A DNA stretch of 64,000 nucleotides from Nitrospirota bacterium. Its GTDB lineage: Bacteria; Nitrospirota; Nitrospiria; JACQBW01. The notes under the pieces were generated by a model. It was not told the DNA's origin. It worked only from the letters and a program-made list of their open reading frames with translations, and did not search any database. Location: the NCBI GenBank assembly GCA_016178585.1, contig JACOTA010000011.1:20341-84340 (forward strand), given 5' to 3'. The first letter of the stretch is position 1. Each line of letters opens with the position of its first letter. Position numbers and translations under genes: made by a program. This document shows positions 9,843-18,568 of the stretch, in pieces.

Positions 9843-10484
9843 TTATTTCGCAAGCCGCTCGCTTAGCAGGTGGAGAAGTTTTAATGAATATTCATCAATT
9901 TCATCCTCCAGGGTAGCGCTTTTGGACTGCATTAAGGAGTAGGAGAGCATTAAAATAATGGCAATAAGCAAGCCAAAGGCCGTGTTATTTAAGGCGAGAG
10001 AAATTCCACTGGCTAAAAGCGCTGCTTTTTGATTCGGGTCTGCAATTGAAACCGCCGTAAAGGATTGAATGAGCCCGGTGACGGTTCCCAAAAGCCCAAG
10101 CAAAGTCGAGACATTGGAAAGGGCATATAAATAATGAATCCTTTTCTCAAGCGCCGGCTGAACCTCCAGGAGCATTTCTTCGATCGCGCCTTGAATCTCT
10201 TTTTCAGATGAGGATTCCATCCTTTTTTGAAGGCCGGAAGCTAAAATGCGGGAAAGGAATGTCCCTTTTTTTTCGCAAATTTCCAATGCTTCTTTTATCC
10301 GGTCCTTTTCCACCAGGGCTTTTACGGAAAGCCAGAGGGCCTTCCCACTCCCCCGGTTTCGGTAAAAAAGAGACAAGAGCCTTTCCAATATAATGGCGGT
10401 TCCGATTGCCATAACCCCTAAAATGGCATACATAAATATGCCGCCAGCTTTAAAACTTCCGATCAGGAAGGTTAAAATTTCCAT
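9843..10484 (-). CDS. exbB: MotA/TolQ/ExbB proton-channel family protein
   Basis: 213 aa with three TMs (…ALLASGISLALNNTAFGLLIAIILMLSYS…) typical of ExbB/TolQ. Confidence 0.85.
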   Translation of the reverse strand: MEILTFLIGSFKAGGIFMYAILGVMAIGTAIILERLLSLFYRNRGSGKALWLSVKALVEKDRIKEALEICEKKGTFLSRILASGLQKRMESSSEKEIQGAIEEMLLEVQPALEKRIHYLYALSNVSTLLGLLGTVTGLIQSFTAVSIADPNQKAALLASGISLALNNTAFGLLIAIILMLSYSLMQSKSATLEDEIDEYSLKLLHLLSERLAK

Positions 10485-10492
10485 AAGGACTC

Positions 10493-10837
10493 CTAGTTTT
10501 GTTTCATTTTTTGAGTTTCGTCTTCCAGGGGAGCCACGGGCCGGAAAATTTCTTTAATAAAACTCCGATGAAGGGGAGCCGCGTTTTCGTTTAAGCCTTC
10601 AGGACTTTTCCACGGAAGCTTGGTGGAAAGCTGAGGGTTTTCAAGCGTTCCCAATATTTCTGATTCCCTCAGGGTGGTTTTTCTTTCTTCGGTCTTGTCC
10701 CCTGAAGGTTGGGCCAAGTCCCTTTGAAATGCTTCAGCTATTCGGACTATTTCTTCCGCCTTTACGTCTCGAGGTAAAAATACAGCCCCGTTAAAAAAGA
10801 GGAGGCTTAAAGCGGTCAATATGAGTGTTTTTTTCAT
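10493..10837 (-). CDS. hypothetical secreted protein (signal peptide)
   Basis: 114 aa with an N-terminal signal peptide (MKKTLILTALSLLFFNGAVF). It sits in the operon between the TPR lipoprotein and exbB. Confidence 0.5.
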   Translation of the reverse strand: MKKTLILTALSLLFFNGAVFLPRDVKAEEIVRIAEAFQRDLAQPSGDKTEERKTTLRESEILGTLENPQLSTKLPWKSPEGLNENAAPLHRSFIKEIFRPVAPLEDETQKMKQN

Positions 10838-10840
10838 CCG

Positions 10841-13624
10841 CTATCCTTTTCCTTCGGCCTGCAGGCGGGAAAGCCGATCCGCGCTTTTTTTGATCCAATC
10901 ATTATCACCTTGAAATTTAAGGGTAACATTTTTTTGATAGACTTCAACCGCTTTACGATAGAGAGGGTCAATTTGATTTCTTAAAAGTTGCTCATAGATT
11001 TCATTTTGTTCCGCGTTCAGATCCTTTGGTCTTTCAGAGTGAATTAAATCGTCGGCAAATTGTTCAAAAAGATTTCCAATATGGTAAATGGCTTCAGAAG
11101 AAATTTCCAGTTGTCGGGATTGAGCGGCTGTCGAGAATGCTTCCATCGCCTCTTTTAATTTTTCCTTTTTTAACGGAAGACTTTTCTGAAGAGGATCGGC
11201 TAACAAAATAGAACCAAATTGGATCGCCAGCATCTCTCCTTTTAACAGAGCCGATTTCATAACCCATTCTTCCTCTTCGGGGTCGTGGTCGTTTTTTTTG
11301 TTAAATGCGGTCAGGTTATTCTCAATTGCTGAAAACGCGTCTTTTTCTTTCTTCAAATTCATGGCGGCAGCCGCATAAAAATAAAGCCATTTGAAATTGT
11401 CGATCGATTTTGTTTTATTATCCCTTTCCAGCGTTTGATAAAGATCTGCCCAGTCGCTTGCTCTGAAATAAAGCGTGTAGAGTTTGTCTGCCAAACGGTT
11501 TTTTTGATCAGGGAGCCGGGCATTTTTGATCAGAAATTCATATTCCTGGGCGGCTTCCTTCCATTTATTTTCCCTTTCAAAAAGGTTTGCAAGGGCGGTC
11601 TTTGCTTCTGTAACAAAGGAAGATTGAGGATATTGGTCCCTGACAGCCAGAAAGGCTTTCTCAGCTGAAGGATAGTCCTTCACTTCAAGAAAAGCGCTTC
11701 CTGAATTCATCAAGGAAGCCAGCGCGATTTCACCGTCAGGGAACTCTTCATAGATGTGATAAAACGCTGCTGCCGCTTCCGCCCATTTCAGGCTGTTTTT
11801 TAAGATTTCCGCTTTTTTAAATTGAATGGAGGCGAGAAAAGTTTTCAATGTTTTGGCCCCGGGTCCTTCCGGATCATGATAATCTGCCCGGCTGGTCCAA
11901 CGCATGGCTTCTTTAAATTCCATTTCGGCTTTATCATAATTTCTTTCCTCAAAATAACTTTTCCCTGTCAAATAATGGGCCTGAACCTGGGAATTCACCC
12001 CTGCCTTTTCGAGCGGGGCGGTGAGGACTTGCTGAGCAAAGACTCTTCCTTCCAACGGACGACCGCTTTGGAAGGAGAGCGTCATTGCTTTAACCAGCAC
12101 GTTAAATTTTTTATCGGATCCGGGAAAGGCCTTTAAAAAGGATTGGCAGGATTTCAGGAAGTTTAGATTGAGTGTGTCATTCTTTTCGTGTTCCCTGGAC
12201 AGGATTTTTTCATGGGAAATCAAGGCGGCAAGAGCGGCCTCCTCGCTATAGGTATGAAGCGGATATTGATAGGCAGCGGTTTCATATTCAACCGCGGCCT
12301 GTTCGAATTGGCCCGTTTCAAAAAACGCCTCGCCTAAAAAATATTCAATGCGAGGCGCTTCTCTTTCGCCCGGGAATTCCCGCAGAAAGGCCTGGTAACT
12401 CCTTATCGCCAAAAGGTAGTCGTCTTTTTTTTTGTTTTGCTGAGCTTCGGCATGGTAGGCTTGTGCCTGTTGAAAAAGAAGGTCCTTTCTGAGCAATTTT
12501 ATCTTCGCATGAGCCGAAGCGTTGTTTCCGTTCCACCAGGCGCCTTCCGGCTTGTAATTCTCGATAAAGGCCATTCCCGCGCGTTTGACGTAGTCCCATT
12601 TTTCGGCTTTTCGATAGGTTTCAATCAAATCCATTTGAAAATTGGGCGCTTCCTCATGAGTGGGATAAAGGGATAGGAAGGTTTCAAACGCCAGGGCGGC
12701 TTCCTGAAACTTTCCCCGGTTTAAATATAGATGGCCCAGGGGACGATAGATGAGGTTTTCATAGGAGACATGCCCATGAAAATCAAAATAATTTCGGGTC
12801 TTGGAAACGCCTCCCCAGAAATCAAAGGAAAGGACCGCCAGGTGCAGAAGCTCCTTCACCTGGTCCCAGGTCGGTTCTGAAAGCGATTCAATATCAAGGA
12901 GGGTGGTTCCGTCCGTTTTTTTAGAGGTATAACGATTTAAGGTATTAACGGCCTGATTGATGGTTTTTTGATAGTTTCCCATTTTAAAGTAAGCCCAGGT
13001 CATTTTATAGGAGATTTTTTCCGTTAAAGGCCGGCCGGGGTTGGCCTCCAGAGCTTTGAAGTAAGCTTCCGAGGCTTCCGGATATTTCCCTTCGTCAAAA
13101 TAAATTTCTCCGATTCTAAACGACGTTTCAGGGTAAAATCCGCTTTTTGAAAAACGGGTTGCCAGCTCATGGAGAGTGGCAAGGGCTTTCTCTTTTTGGT
13201 TTTCCTCGTAATACCCATGCGCCAGCTGATAAAGGACCTTGTCCATTCCTGGAGTCAGTGGATATTGGGAACGGATTCTTTCATAAATTCCGATCGAAAA
13301 ACGATGAGCATCCCGCTGAAAGAGCAAGCCTGGATTCTGACGGATTTGTTCTTCTTCCATGATCATGAATAAATGACCCAGCTGCTGAAGCGCTGCAGCC
13401 TGCTGTTGGCTCTGAGCATCCAGTTGGCCAAGAAAAATCTCGAATTCCTTCGTTAGATCATCCTGTGAAACTCGAGAGGTTTGCGCGGTTGCTTTCTCTT
13501 CCATGACTTTAGAGACCACCCTCTGAATTTTTTCATTTTCGACCTTTCGGGTGTAGGGTTGATCAGCGCAACCGAATTCTAAAGAACAGAGGGTTAAAAT
13601 GAGTGAACAGTAAATGACCTTCAT
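10841..13624 (-). CDS. large tetratricopeptide-repeat lipoprotein
   Basis: 927 aa with a lipoprotein-type signal (…LILTLCSLEFGCADQ) and many TPR-like units (repeated A/Y/F-rich 34-aa helical pairs). Confidence 0.75.
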   Translation of the reverse strand: MKVIYCSLILTLCSLEFGCADQPYTRKVENEKIQRVVSKVMEEKATAQTSRVSQDDLTKEFEIFLGQLDAQSQQQAAALQQLGHLFMIMEEEQIRQNPGLLFQRDAHRFSIGIYERIRSQYPLTPGMDKVLYQLAHGYYEENQKEKALATLHELATRFSKSGFYPETSFRIGEIYFDEGKYPEASEAYFKALEANPGRPLTEKISYKMTWAYFKMGNYQKTINQAVNTLNRYTSKKTDGTTLLDIESLSEPTWDQVKELLHLAVLSFDFWGGVSKTRNYFDFHGHVSYENLIYRPLGHLYLNRGKFQEAALAFETFLSLYPTHEEAPNFQMDLIETYRKAEKWDYVKRAGMAFIENYKPEGAWWNGNNASAHAKIKLLRKDLLFQQAQAYHAEAQQNKKKDDYLLAIRSYQAFLREFPGEREAPRIEYFLGEAFFETGQFEQAAVEYETAAYQYPLHTYSEEAALAALISHEKILSREHEKNDTLNLNFLKSCQSFLKAFPGSDKKFNVLVKAMTLSFQSGRPLEGRVFAQQVLTAPLEKAGVNSQVQAHYLTGKSYFEERNYDKAEMEFKEAMRWTSRADYHDPEGPGAKTLKTFLASIQFKKAEILKNSLKWAEAAAAFYHIYEEFPDGEIALASLMNSGSAFLEVKDYPSAEKAFLAVRDQYPQSSFVTEAKTALANLFERENKWKEAAQEYEFLIKNARLPDQKNRLADKLYTLYFRASDWADLYQTLERDNKTKSIDNFKWLYFYAAAAMNLKKEKDAFSAIENNLTAFNKKNDHDPEEEEWVMKSALLKGEMLAIQFGSILLADPLQKSLPLKKEKLKEAMEAFSTAAQSRQLEISSEAIYHIGNLFEQFADDLIHSERPKDLNAEQNEIYEQLLRNQIDPLYRKAVEVYQKNVTLKFQGDNDWIKKSADRLSRLQAEGKG

Positions 13625-14730
13625 GGAGATTCGCTTGTCTTGCCCGGCTCGGATTTTTCAAGAACCATATTCCTGGCCATTGCGATAGAAGTTTGAACCG
13701 AAAGATTTTCCAAAACTTTTTTTTGCTGGTGCAGTTGCTCCTGGATGTATTTTTGGAAAAGAAGATGAATCTTATTTCTGATTTGCAAAAGGTTTTGGCG
13801 GTTTTCAGGCGAAATTCGTTTAAAGTCAGGGTCCTTCTGTTTTAGCCGGCCTTCCATTTTCAGAAAGAGAGATGCCCATTGCATCATCGGGAATCCCTGG
13901 ACATCTCTTTTCATATCAAGAAGGCTGTGCGCCCATTTCGTATCAGGTTGATTGAAAATGAATTCAAAATTAAACGGAATTGAGGAAGCCTGGGAGTTTA
14001 TGAGGTCTTTCTGATCTTGAATCTTTCGGGTATAAACGTGAAGCGCTTTTTGATAACTTTCTGCGGCATTTTTAAAAGCGAGAAGTTTAGAATAACAAAA
14101 TCCGATTCTAAACAAGCTTTCGGACGCGTACTCTCCGTTTGGAAATTCCGCGGTCAAATCTTCAAATAGAGCAATCGCTTTCACATATTCTTCCATTTCC
14201 ATAAAACTCCAGGCGATTCCGAATCGAGCCTTTTCTTTAAAATCGGTTTCATCTTCAATTAAAATAAATTCCTCCATGGCTTCTTTAGGGCGTTTTTGTT
14301 CTAAAAAGATATATCCCAGGGTCGCGTGAATTTCTTTTTTTAAAAGTTCCGGAGTCTTTTTGGAATCCACGAGGTTTTCTAACGTTTGGATGGCGGAATA
14401 ACCATCGCCGTTTCGGAAAAAGCTTAAACTGGTCTCATATTTCAGATAAGCCGGATCGGAGAGCATGGTCTGAAAAGGGGGTTCGTTTACGGCGGTTCTG
14501 TATCTTTCAATTTGAGCCCGGAATTCAGAAAAAATTTTGGAGGACGGGCCTGTTTCGTCCTGTTCTTCCTGAGCCTGAAGGGATGGGACGATCACTAAAA
14601 GGGAAAAGAGTAAAAAAAGAGGGAAAGCCTTCAATCGGTTAAATGGTCTCTGTTGTGGTTTAAAAGGGACAACGAATGATTTCAGCGTAGCGTAAAACAT
14701 CAAAAAAATCAATGAATAACGTGTTTGCAA
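13621..14730 (-). CDS. tetratricopeptide-repeat protein (secreted)
   Basis: 369 aa with a signal peptide followed by TPR-like repeats. Its start overlaps the next gene by 4 nt. Confidence 0.65.
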   Translation of the reverse strand: MQTRYSLIFLMFYATLKSFVVPFKPQQRPFNRLKAFPLFLLFSLLVIVPSLQAQEEQDETGPSSKIFSEFRAQIERYRTAVNEPPFQTMLSDPAYLKYETSLSFFRNGDGYSAIQTLENLVDSKKTPELLKKEIHATLGYIFLEQKRPKEAMEEFILIEDETDFKEKARFGIAWSFMEMEEYVKAIALFEDLTAEFPNGEYASESLFRIGFCYSKLLAFKNAAESYQKALHVYTRKIQDQKDLINSQASSIPFNFEFIFNQPDTKWAHSLLDMKRDVQGFPMMQWASLFLKMEGRLKQKDPDFKRISPENRQNLLQIRNKIHLLFQKYIQEQLHQQKKVLENLSVQTSIAMARNMVLEKSEPGKTSESP

Positions 14731-14783
14731 AAGCTGTTTTGTTTGGCATTGTATGTGTTTTATGGGTTTGCTATGATGTCCCT

Positions 14784-16157
14784 ATGCTGTCGGTTCAACA
14801 GTTGAGACAACTTGAGGGAATTCTTCCCAGGCCCTGGACTTCTTCAGAAAAAGAAGATTTGATCTGTTACGGTTTTGACGCAACCCGGATTGAGTCCATT
14901 CCGGATGTGTTGGTACGTCCGACTTCCGCGCAGGAAATTTCAAAAATTCTAATCTTTGCCAACCGGGAAAAGATTCCTGTTGTTCCCCGGGGAATGGGAA
15001 GCGGATTTAGCGGCGGGACGGTTCCAGTGAAAGGGGGAATTGTTCTTTCTCTGGAACGGATGAATCGAATCCTGACAATTGATGAAGACAATTTAATGGC
15101 GGTTGTGGAGCCGGGAGTGATCACTGGCGAATTACATCGGACCGTTCAAGCAAAAGGGCTTTATTATCCGCCCGATCCTACGAGTTCTGATTTCTGTACG
15201 ATCGGCGGGAACATTGCCGAGGCAGCGTCCGGTCCCCATTCTGTAAAGTATGGGGGGACACGTGACTATGTGCTGGGTCTTGAAATTGTTCTTCCGACAG
15301 GGGAAATGGTGCGGACCGGGGGAAAAACGGTAAAAAGGGCCGTTGCCTATGATCTGACCCGTTTAATGGTCGGGTCCGAGGGCACACTGGGGGTTGTGAC
15401 CCAGGCCAATTTAAAACTTCTGCCGTTTCCGGAGTATCGCCAGAGTCTTCTTGCGGTGTTCCCGAGCATTCAGGCCGCCGCCCGGTGCATTTCACACATT
15501 ATTCGTTCAAAATTCAGGCCCTCTGTCCTGGAATACATGGATGAAGCTTCTTTGAAAATTGTAGAAGCCCACAGCCGGTTTGGATTGCCAAAAGAGGCCA
15601 AATCGATCTTATTGATCGAAACCGACGGGTCTAAACGAACCGCTATGGATGAAGCGGAACAACTGACCGCGCTCTGCCGGGAAAACCATGCCATTTGGGT
15701 TGAAGTTGCTGAAGCGGAGGAGGATAAAAAGAAGATCTGGAAAGCCAGAAAAGCCTTATCTCAATCCCTATATCAATTAAAACCGGCAAAAATCAATGAA
15801 GATATCGTGGTTCCACGAAGTAAAATTGCTGAAATGGTTTGCGGATTAGACGGCCTGTCTGAAAAATACCGGTTGATCATCGTCAGCTTTGGGCATGCGG
15901 GGGAGGGCAACCTGCACGTGAATATCATGGCCGATCCAAAAAACAGAGATGAATGGGAAAAAGCTCAACAGGCCGTTAAAGAGGTTTTTGAGCTGACCCT
16001 CAAGCTGGGGGGGGCCTTATCCGGCGAGCATGGAATCGGGCTGACCAAAAGGCCTTATTTGTTCCTTGAAATGGGGCCGGCGGAGATTCAATTGCTAAGA
16101 AACATTAAAAAAGCCTTTGATCCGAACGGAATACTTAATCCGGGGAAAATCTTCTGA
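14784..16157 (+). CDS. FAD-binding oxidoreductase, glycolate oxidase GlcD / D-lactate dehydrogenase family
   Basis: The FAD-binding PCMH-type N-domain (…FANREKIPVVPRGMGSGFSGG…) and C-terminal (…GGALSGEHGIGLTKR…) match GlcD. The start is set at the ATG at 14784 (MLSVQQLRQLEGIL…), because the longer ORF from 14712 would overlap the divergent TPR gene. Confidence 0.8.
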   Translation: MLSVQQLRQLEGILPRPWTSSEKEDLICYGFDATRIESIPDVLVRPTSAQEISKILIFANREKIPVVPRGMGSGFSGGTVPVKGGIVLSLERMNRILTIDEDNLMAVVEPGVITGELHRTVQAKGLYYPPDPTSSDFCTIGGNIAEAASGPHSVKYGGTRDYVLGLEIVLPTGEMVRTGGKTVKRAVAYDLTRLMVGSEGTLGVVTQANLKLLPFPEYRQSLLAVFPSIQAAARCISHIIRSKFRPSVLEYMDEASLKIVEAHSRFGLPKEAKSILLIETDGSKRTAMDEAEQLTALCRENHAIWVEVAEAEEDKKKIWKARKALSQSLYQLKPAKINEDIVVPRSKIAEMVCGLDGLSEKYRLIIVSFGHAGEGNLHVNIMADPKNRDEWEKAQQAVKEVFELTLKLGGALSGEHGIGLTKRPYLFLEMGPAEIQLLRNIKKAFDPNGILNPGKIF

Positions 16158-16178
16158 AGATAAGGGTAAAATAAAACG

Positions 16179-16361
16179 ATGATCATGAAAGATCAAATCG
16201 AGATTTTAAGAGGACAACCGGTTGAAGTCATTTCCAATGGAATCCTTTATAAAGGAATACTCATGGGGGCTTCTGAGGAAAACCTTAGTCTGCAAACGCC
16301 TCTGCAATGGGTGGAGCTCCCGCTGGAGGACGTTTCATCGGTTCGGAAGAGCGGGTCATGA
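16179..16361 (+). CDS. small hypothetical protein (60 aa)
   Basis: Its stop TGA overlaps the ATG of the downstream M50 protease (ATGA), and its ATG is preceded by a purine-rich stretch. The coupling architecture supports a real gene. Confidence 0.4.
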   Translation: MIMKDQIEILRGQPVEVISNGILYKGILMGASEENLSLQTPLQWVELPLEDVSSVRKSGS

Positions 16362-17248
16362 TAAAAAGTCTAAAAAGTTTCCTCCCGGCCTCTGCGGTTG
16401 TTACCGAAAAGAAGAAAGAAAAGATAGGACTGCCACTTTTTCTTTTTGTCCTCACGATCATTACGACCTTATTCGCGGGAGCGTTTCTTGTCGGAGCAAA
16501 TCCTCTTCAGCATCCGTGGGACATGACCAGGGGGATTTCGTTTTCGTTTACGCTGATGCTCATTTTGTTATCCCATGAGCTGGGCCATTATCTCGCCGCC
16601 CGTTATTACGGGGTTGATGCGTCGCTCCCTTACTTTATACCGGCTCCGCCGTACCTTTTTTTGCTTGGCACCTTTGGAGCCTTTATTCGCATGCGTTCTC
16701 CGATTTTATATAAAAACGCCTTGTTTGATATCGCCGTAGCCGGCCCCATTGCCGGGTTTGTATTGTCCTGCGCGGCGCTCGCGGTCGGCATTCCTCTTTC
16801 GGAGGTGATCAACAGACCTCCGGAACCGCACGACCTTTCTATAGGGAGTTCTCCCATTTTTTATTTTTTTGTCAATCAGCTGATTGGGTCTCTTCCCCAG
16901 GGTTATGGTATCGATTTCCATCCGATTGCTTTTGCCGGATGGCTGGGGCTATTTGTCACCAGCCTCAACCTTCTTCCCATTGGGCAGTTGGACGGAGGAC
17001 ATCTGATTTACGCGTTAGCCGGAAGAAGACATCGGCTGATATCAATTTTGACGGTCATACTTTTAATAGTGATCGGATTTTTGGGGTGGCCGGGTTGGTG
17101 GATTTGGGGGCTTTTGGGAGCTTTTATCGGCCTGCGGCACCCCCCTCTTGCAGATCAGGAAATTCGGTTAAATAAGACCCGAATCTTTATAGGGTGGGCG
17201 TCGTTATTTATTTTTATCGGGACGTTTATTCCAGTGCCTTTTTCCTAA
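16358..17248 (+). CDS. site-2 protease family (M50) zinc metalloprotease
   Basis: HExxH motif (LSHELGHYLAARYYG) within a multi-TM protein, plus a downstream LDGG motif (…GQLDGGHLIYAL…). Confidence 0.8.
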   Translation: MIKSLKSFLPASAVVTEKKKEKIGLPLFLFVLTIITTLFAGAFLVGANPLQHPWDMTRGISFSFTLMLILLSHELGHYLAARYYGVDASLPYFIPAPPYLFLLGTFGAFIRMRSPILYKNALFDIAVAGPIAGFVLSCAALAVGIPLSEVINRPPEPHDLSIGSSPIFYFFVNQLIGSLPQGYGIDFHPIAFAGWLGLFVTSLNLLPIGQLDGGHLIYALAGRRHRLISILTVILLIVIGFLGWPGWWIWGLLGAFIGLRHPPLADQEIRLNKTRIFIGWASLFIFIGTFIPVPFS

Positions 17249-17360
17249 ACTGCAATGATCCTTCCTCATAATTCTCTGTGACCTTAATCAAACGGTTAAA
17301 CGCCTATTCAAGTGAACTGACATTTCTTTAATTTTATGACAGCGTTATAAACGTTTTAAG

Positions 17361-17389
17361 TTGACAATATAACTGTCATCCAATAGAAT
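17361..17389 (+). promoter_or_regulatory. promoter (TTGACA-17 nt-TAGAAT) with embedded inverted repeat TGACA-N7-TGTCA, candidate TA operator
   Basis: TTGACA at 17361-17366 and TAGAAT at 17384-17389. The perfect inverted repeat TGACAatataacTGTCA (17362-17378) overlaps the spacer, and an extra TGACA half-site lies upstream at about 17338. Confidence 0.5.
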
Positions 17390-17415
17390 AAAGATATTAA
17401 TTGAAGGAGATGATT

Positions 17416-17778
17416 ATGTCTACAGCCGCGAGGCAAAGACTCACGCGTGTAAAAAAGTCCGATAACCCTTTGGTTGAAATCCGTCACCTGTTAAATCCTT
17501 CGGATGAAGAGCTTTCCCTTTTGTTGAATACCGGCATCCGAACCGTATACCGCTGGCTTGAAGATGGCCCTCCAGGTCAACATTACCCTTTGATTAAATT
17601 GGAGGAGCTGATCGACCTTGCCAAAAAGTCCCTGAAACCCGAAGCGATCGCAGAATGGTTCCACGAATCCAACCGGGCGTTGGGAGGCTCAATTCCAATA
17701 CGTCTTATCTTGGATCCTCACGGTTTTGATCTGGTCCGCCAGGAACTGGGGAATGCTGCATCCGGAATGCCGTTGTGA
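17416..17778 (+). CDS. Xre-like/DUF2384 antitoxin of RES-Xre toxin-antitoxin pair (MbcA/ParS-like)
   Basis: About 120 aa. An ATG at 17416 lies 6-7 nt after a GAAGGAG RBS, and the track ORF from the TTG at 17401 is in frame. The C-terminal region (…AIAEWFHESNRALGGSIPIRLI…GFDLVRQELG) matches the toxin-binding DUF2384 domain. The gene overlaps the downstream RES gene by 4 nt. Confidence 0.65.
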   Translation: MSTAARQRLTRVKKSDNPLVEIRHLLNPSDEELSLLLNTGIRTVYRWLEDGPPGQHYPLIKLEELIDLAKKSLKPEAIAEWFHESNRALGGSIPIRLILDPHGFDLVRQELGNAASGMPL

Positions 17779-18314
17779 CCCCTGAGCCGGACCAGCGGTT
17801 TTATTCCCAATTGAAAAATATTTCTCTTCGCTCTCTCACCGGAGTTTACTACCGCACTGTTCCGGAACAGGCAGCAGACTACATCCTTGAGGATGGCCCC
17901 TCCTATCTATTCAAAAACCGCTATAATATTTTTAACGAATTTGGCGCCCTTTACTTTGGCGACCGGGAAGAGGTGTGCAGAGCGACTTTTGAAAAACGGG
18001 GTCTCCTTTCCTCCCGCCGTCTCTCATTTGTTCTCGTCAGCTTTGATATAGAGGTAGACGGGCTCCTCGACCTAACAGATACTGATAACCTAAAGGTTTT
18101 AAAACTTCAGCGGGAGGATTTGGTTCAAACCCGGGAAAAACCAGCGGCTTACGATATTCCCCAGAGATTGGCAAAAGCGGCTTATCAGAGCGGCCGGATT
18201 CTGGGTCTTCATGTCCCCGACGCGTCTGAAACAGGAAATACCCTGGTCCTTTATCCTGGAAGAATTCTGTCTAAACAGATTGTCCGAGTTCGTGAAAAAG
18301 TTCTCTTAAAATAA
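17775..18314 (+). CDS. RES domain toxin (RES-Xre TA family, putative NAD+-targeting)
   Basis: 179 aa with the typical RES-family pattern (…YYRTVPEQAAD…NRYNIFNEFGALYFGDREEVCRATFEKRG…LVSFDIEV…). It is operonic with the upstream antitoxin. Confidence 0.6.
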   Translation: MTPEPDQRFYSQLKNISLRSLTGVYYRTVPEQAADYILEDGPSYLFKNRYNIFNEFGALYFGDREEVCRATFEKRGLLSSRRLSFVLVSFDIEVDGLLDLTDTDNLKVLKLQREDLVQTREKPAAYDIPQRLAKAAYQSGRILGLHVPDASETGNTLVLYPGRILSKQIVRVREKVLLK

Positions 18315-18568
18315 TGGAATTGAACTAAATTAAATCAATCCCCTTTACGCAATTGATTTGAAAAAAAAGATCCTTATCAGCAATCCGTTGTTTCTGTAAT
18401 TAACACCTTTGCAGCCCTCAAAAATATTGAACACTTCAAATGGGATTAAATGATTTATTTCGTATAGCGGGATTTATTTCTCACAAACAATAGGCATAAA
18501 TTTGACTTTTTTCCTCCCTTAGAATAAATTCTAGATTCATTTTCAAGTAATAAAGAGAATCTGTCTTT

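Noticed and set aside
14712-14783. N-terminal extensions of several track ORFs (GlcD 14712, HemF 47378, RarA 60023, HIT 27327, malic enzyme 36490, Zn-ribbon 39171, M50 16307, ABC-2 62986)
   Set aside because: The track translates alternative starts as M and extends ORFs to the first in-frame start. The extensions overlap upstream genes or precede well-conserved family N-termini with good RBS spacing, so downstream starts were chosen.
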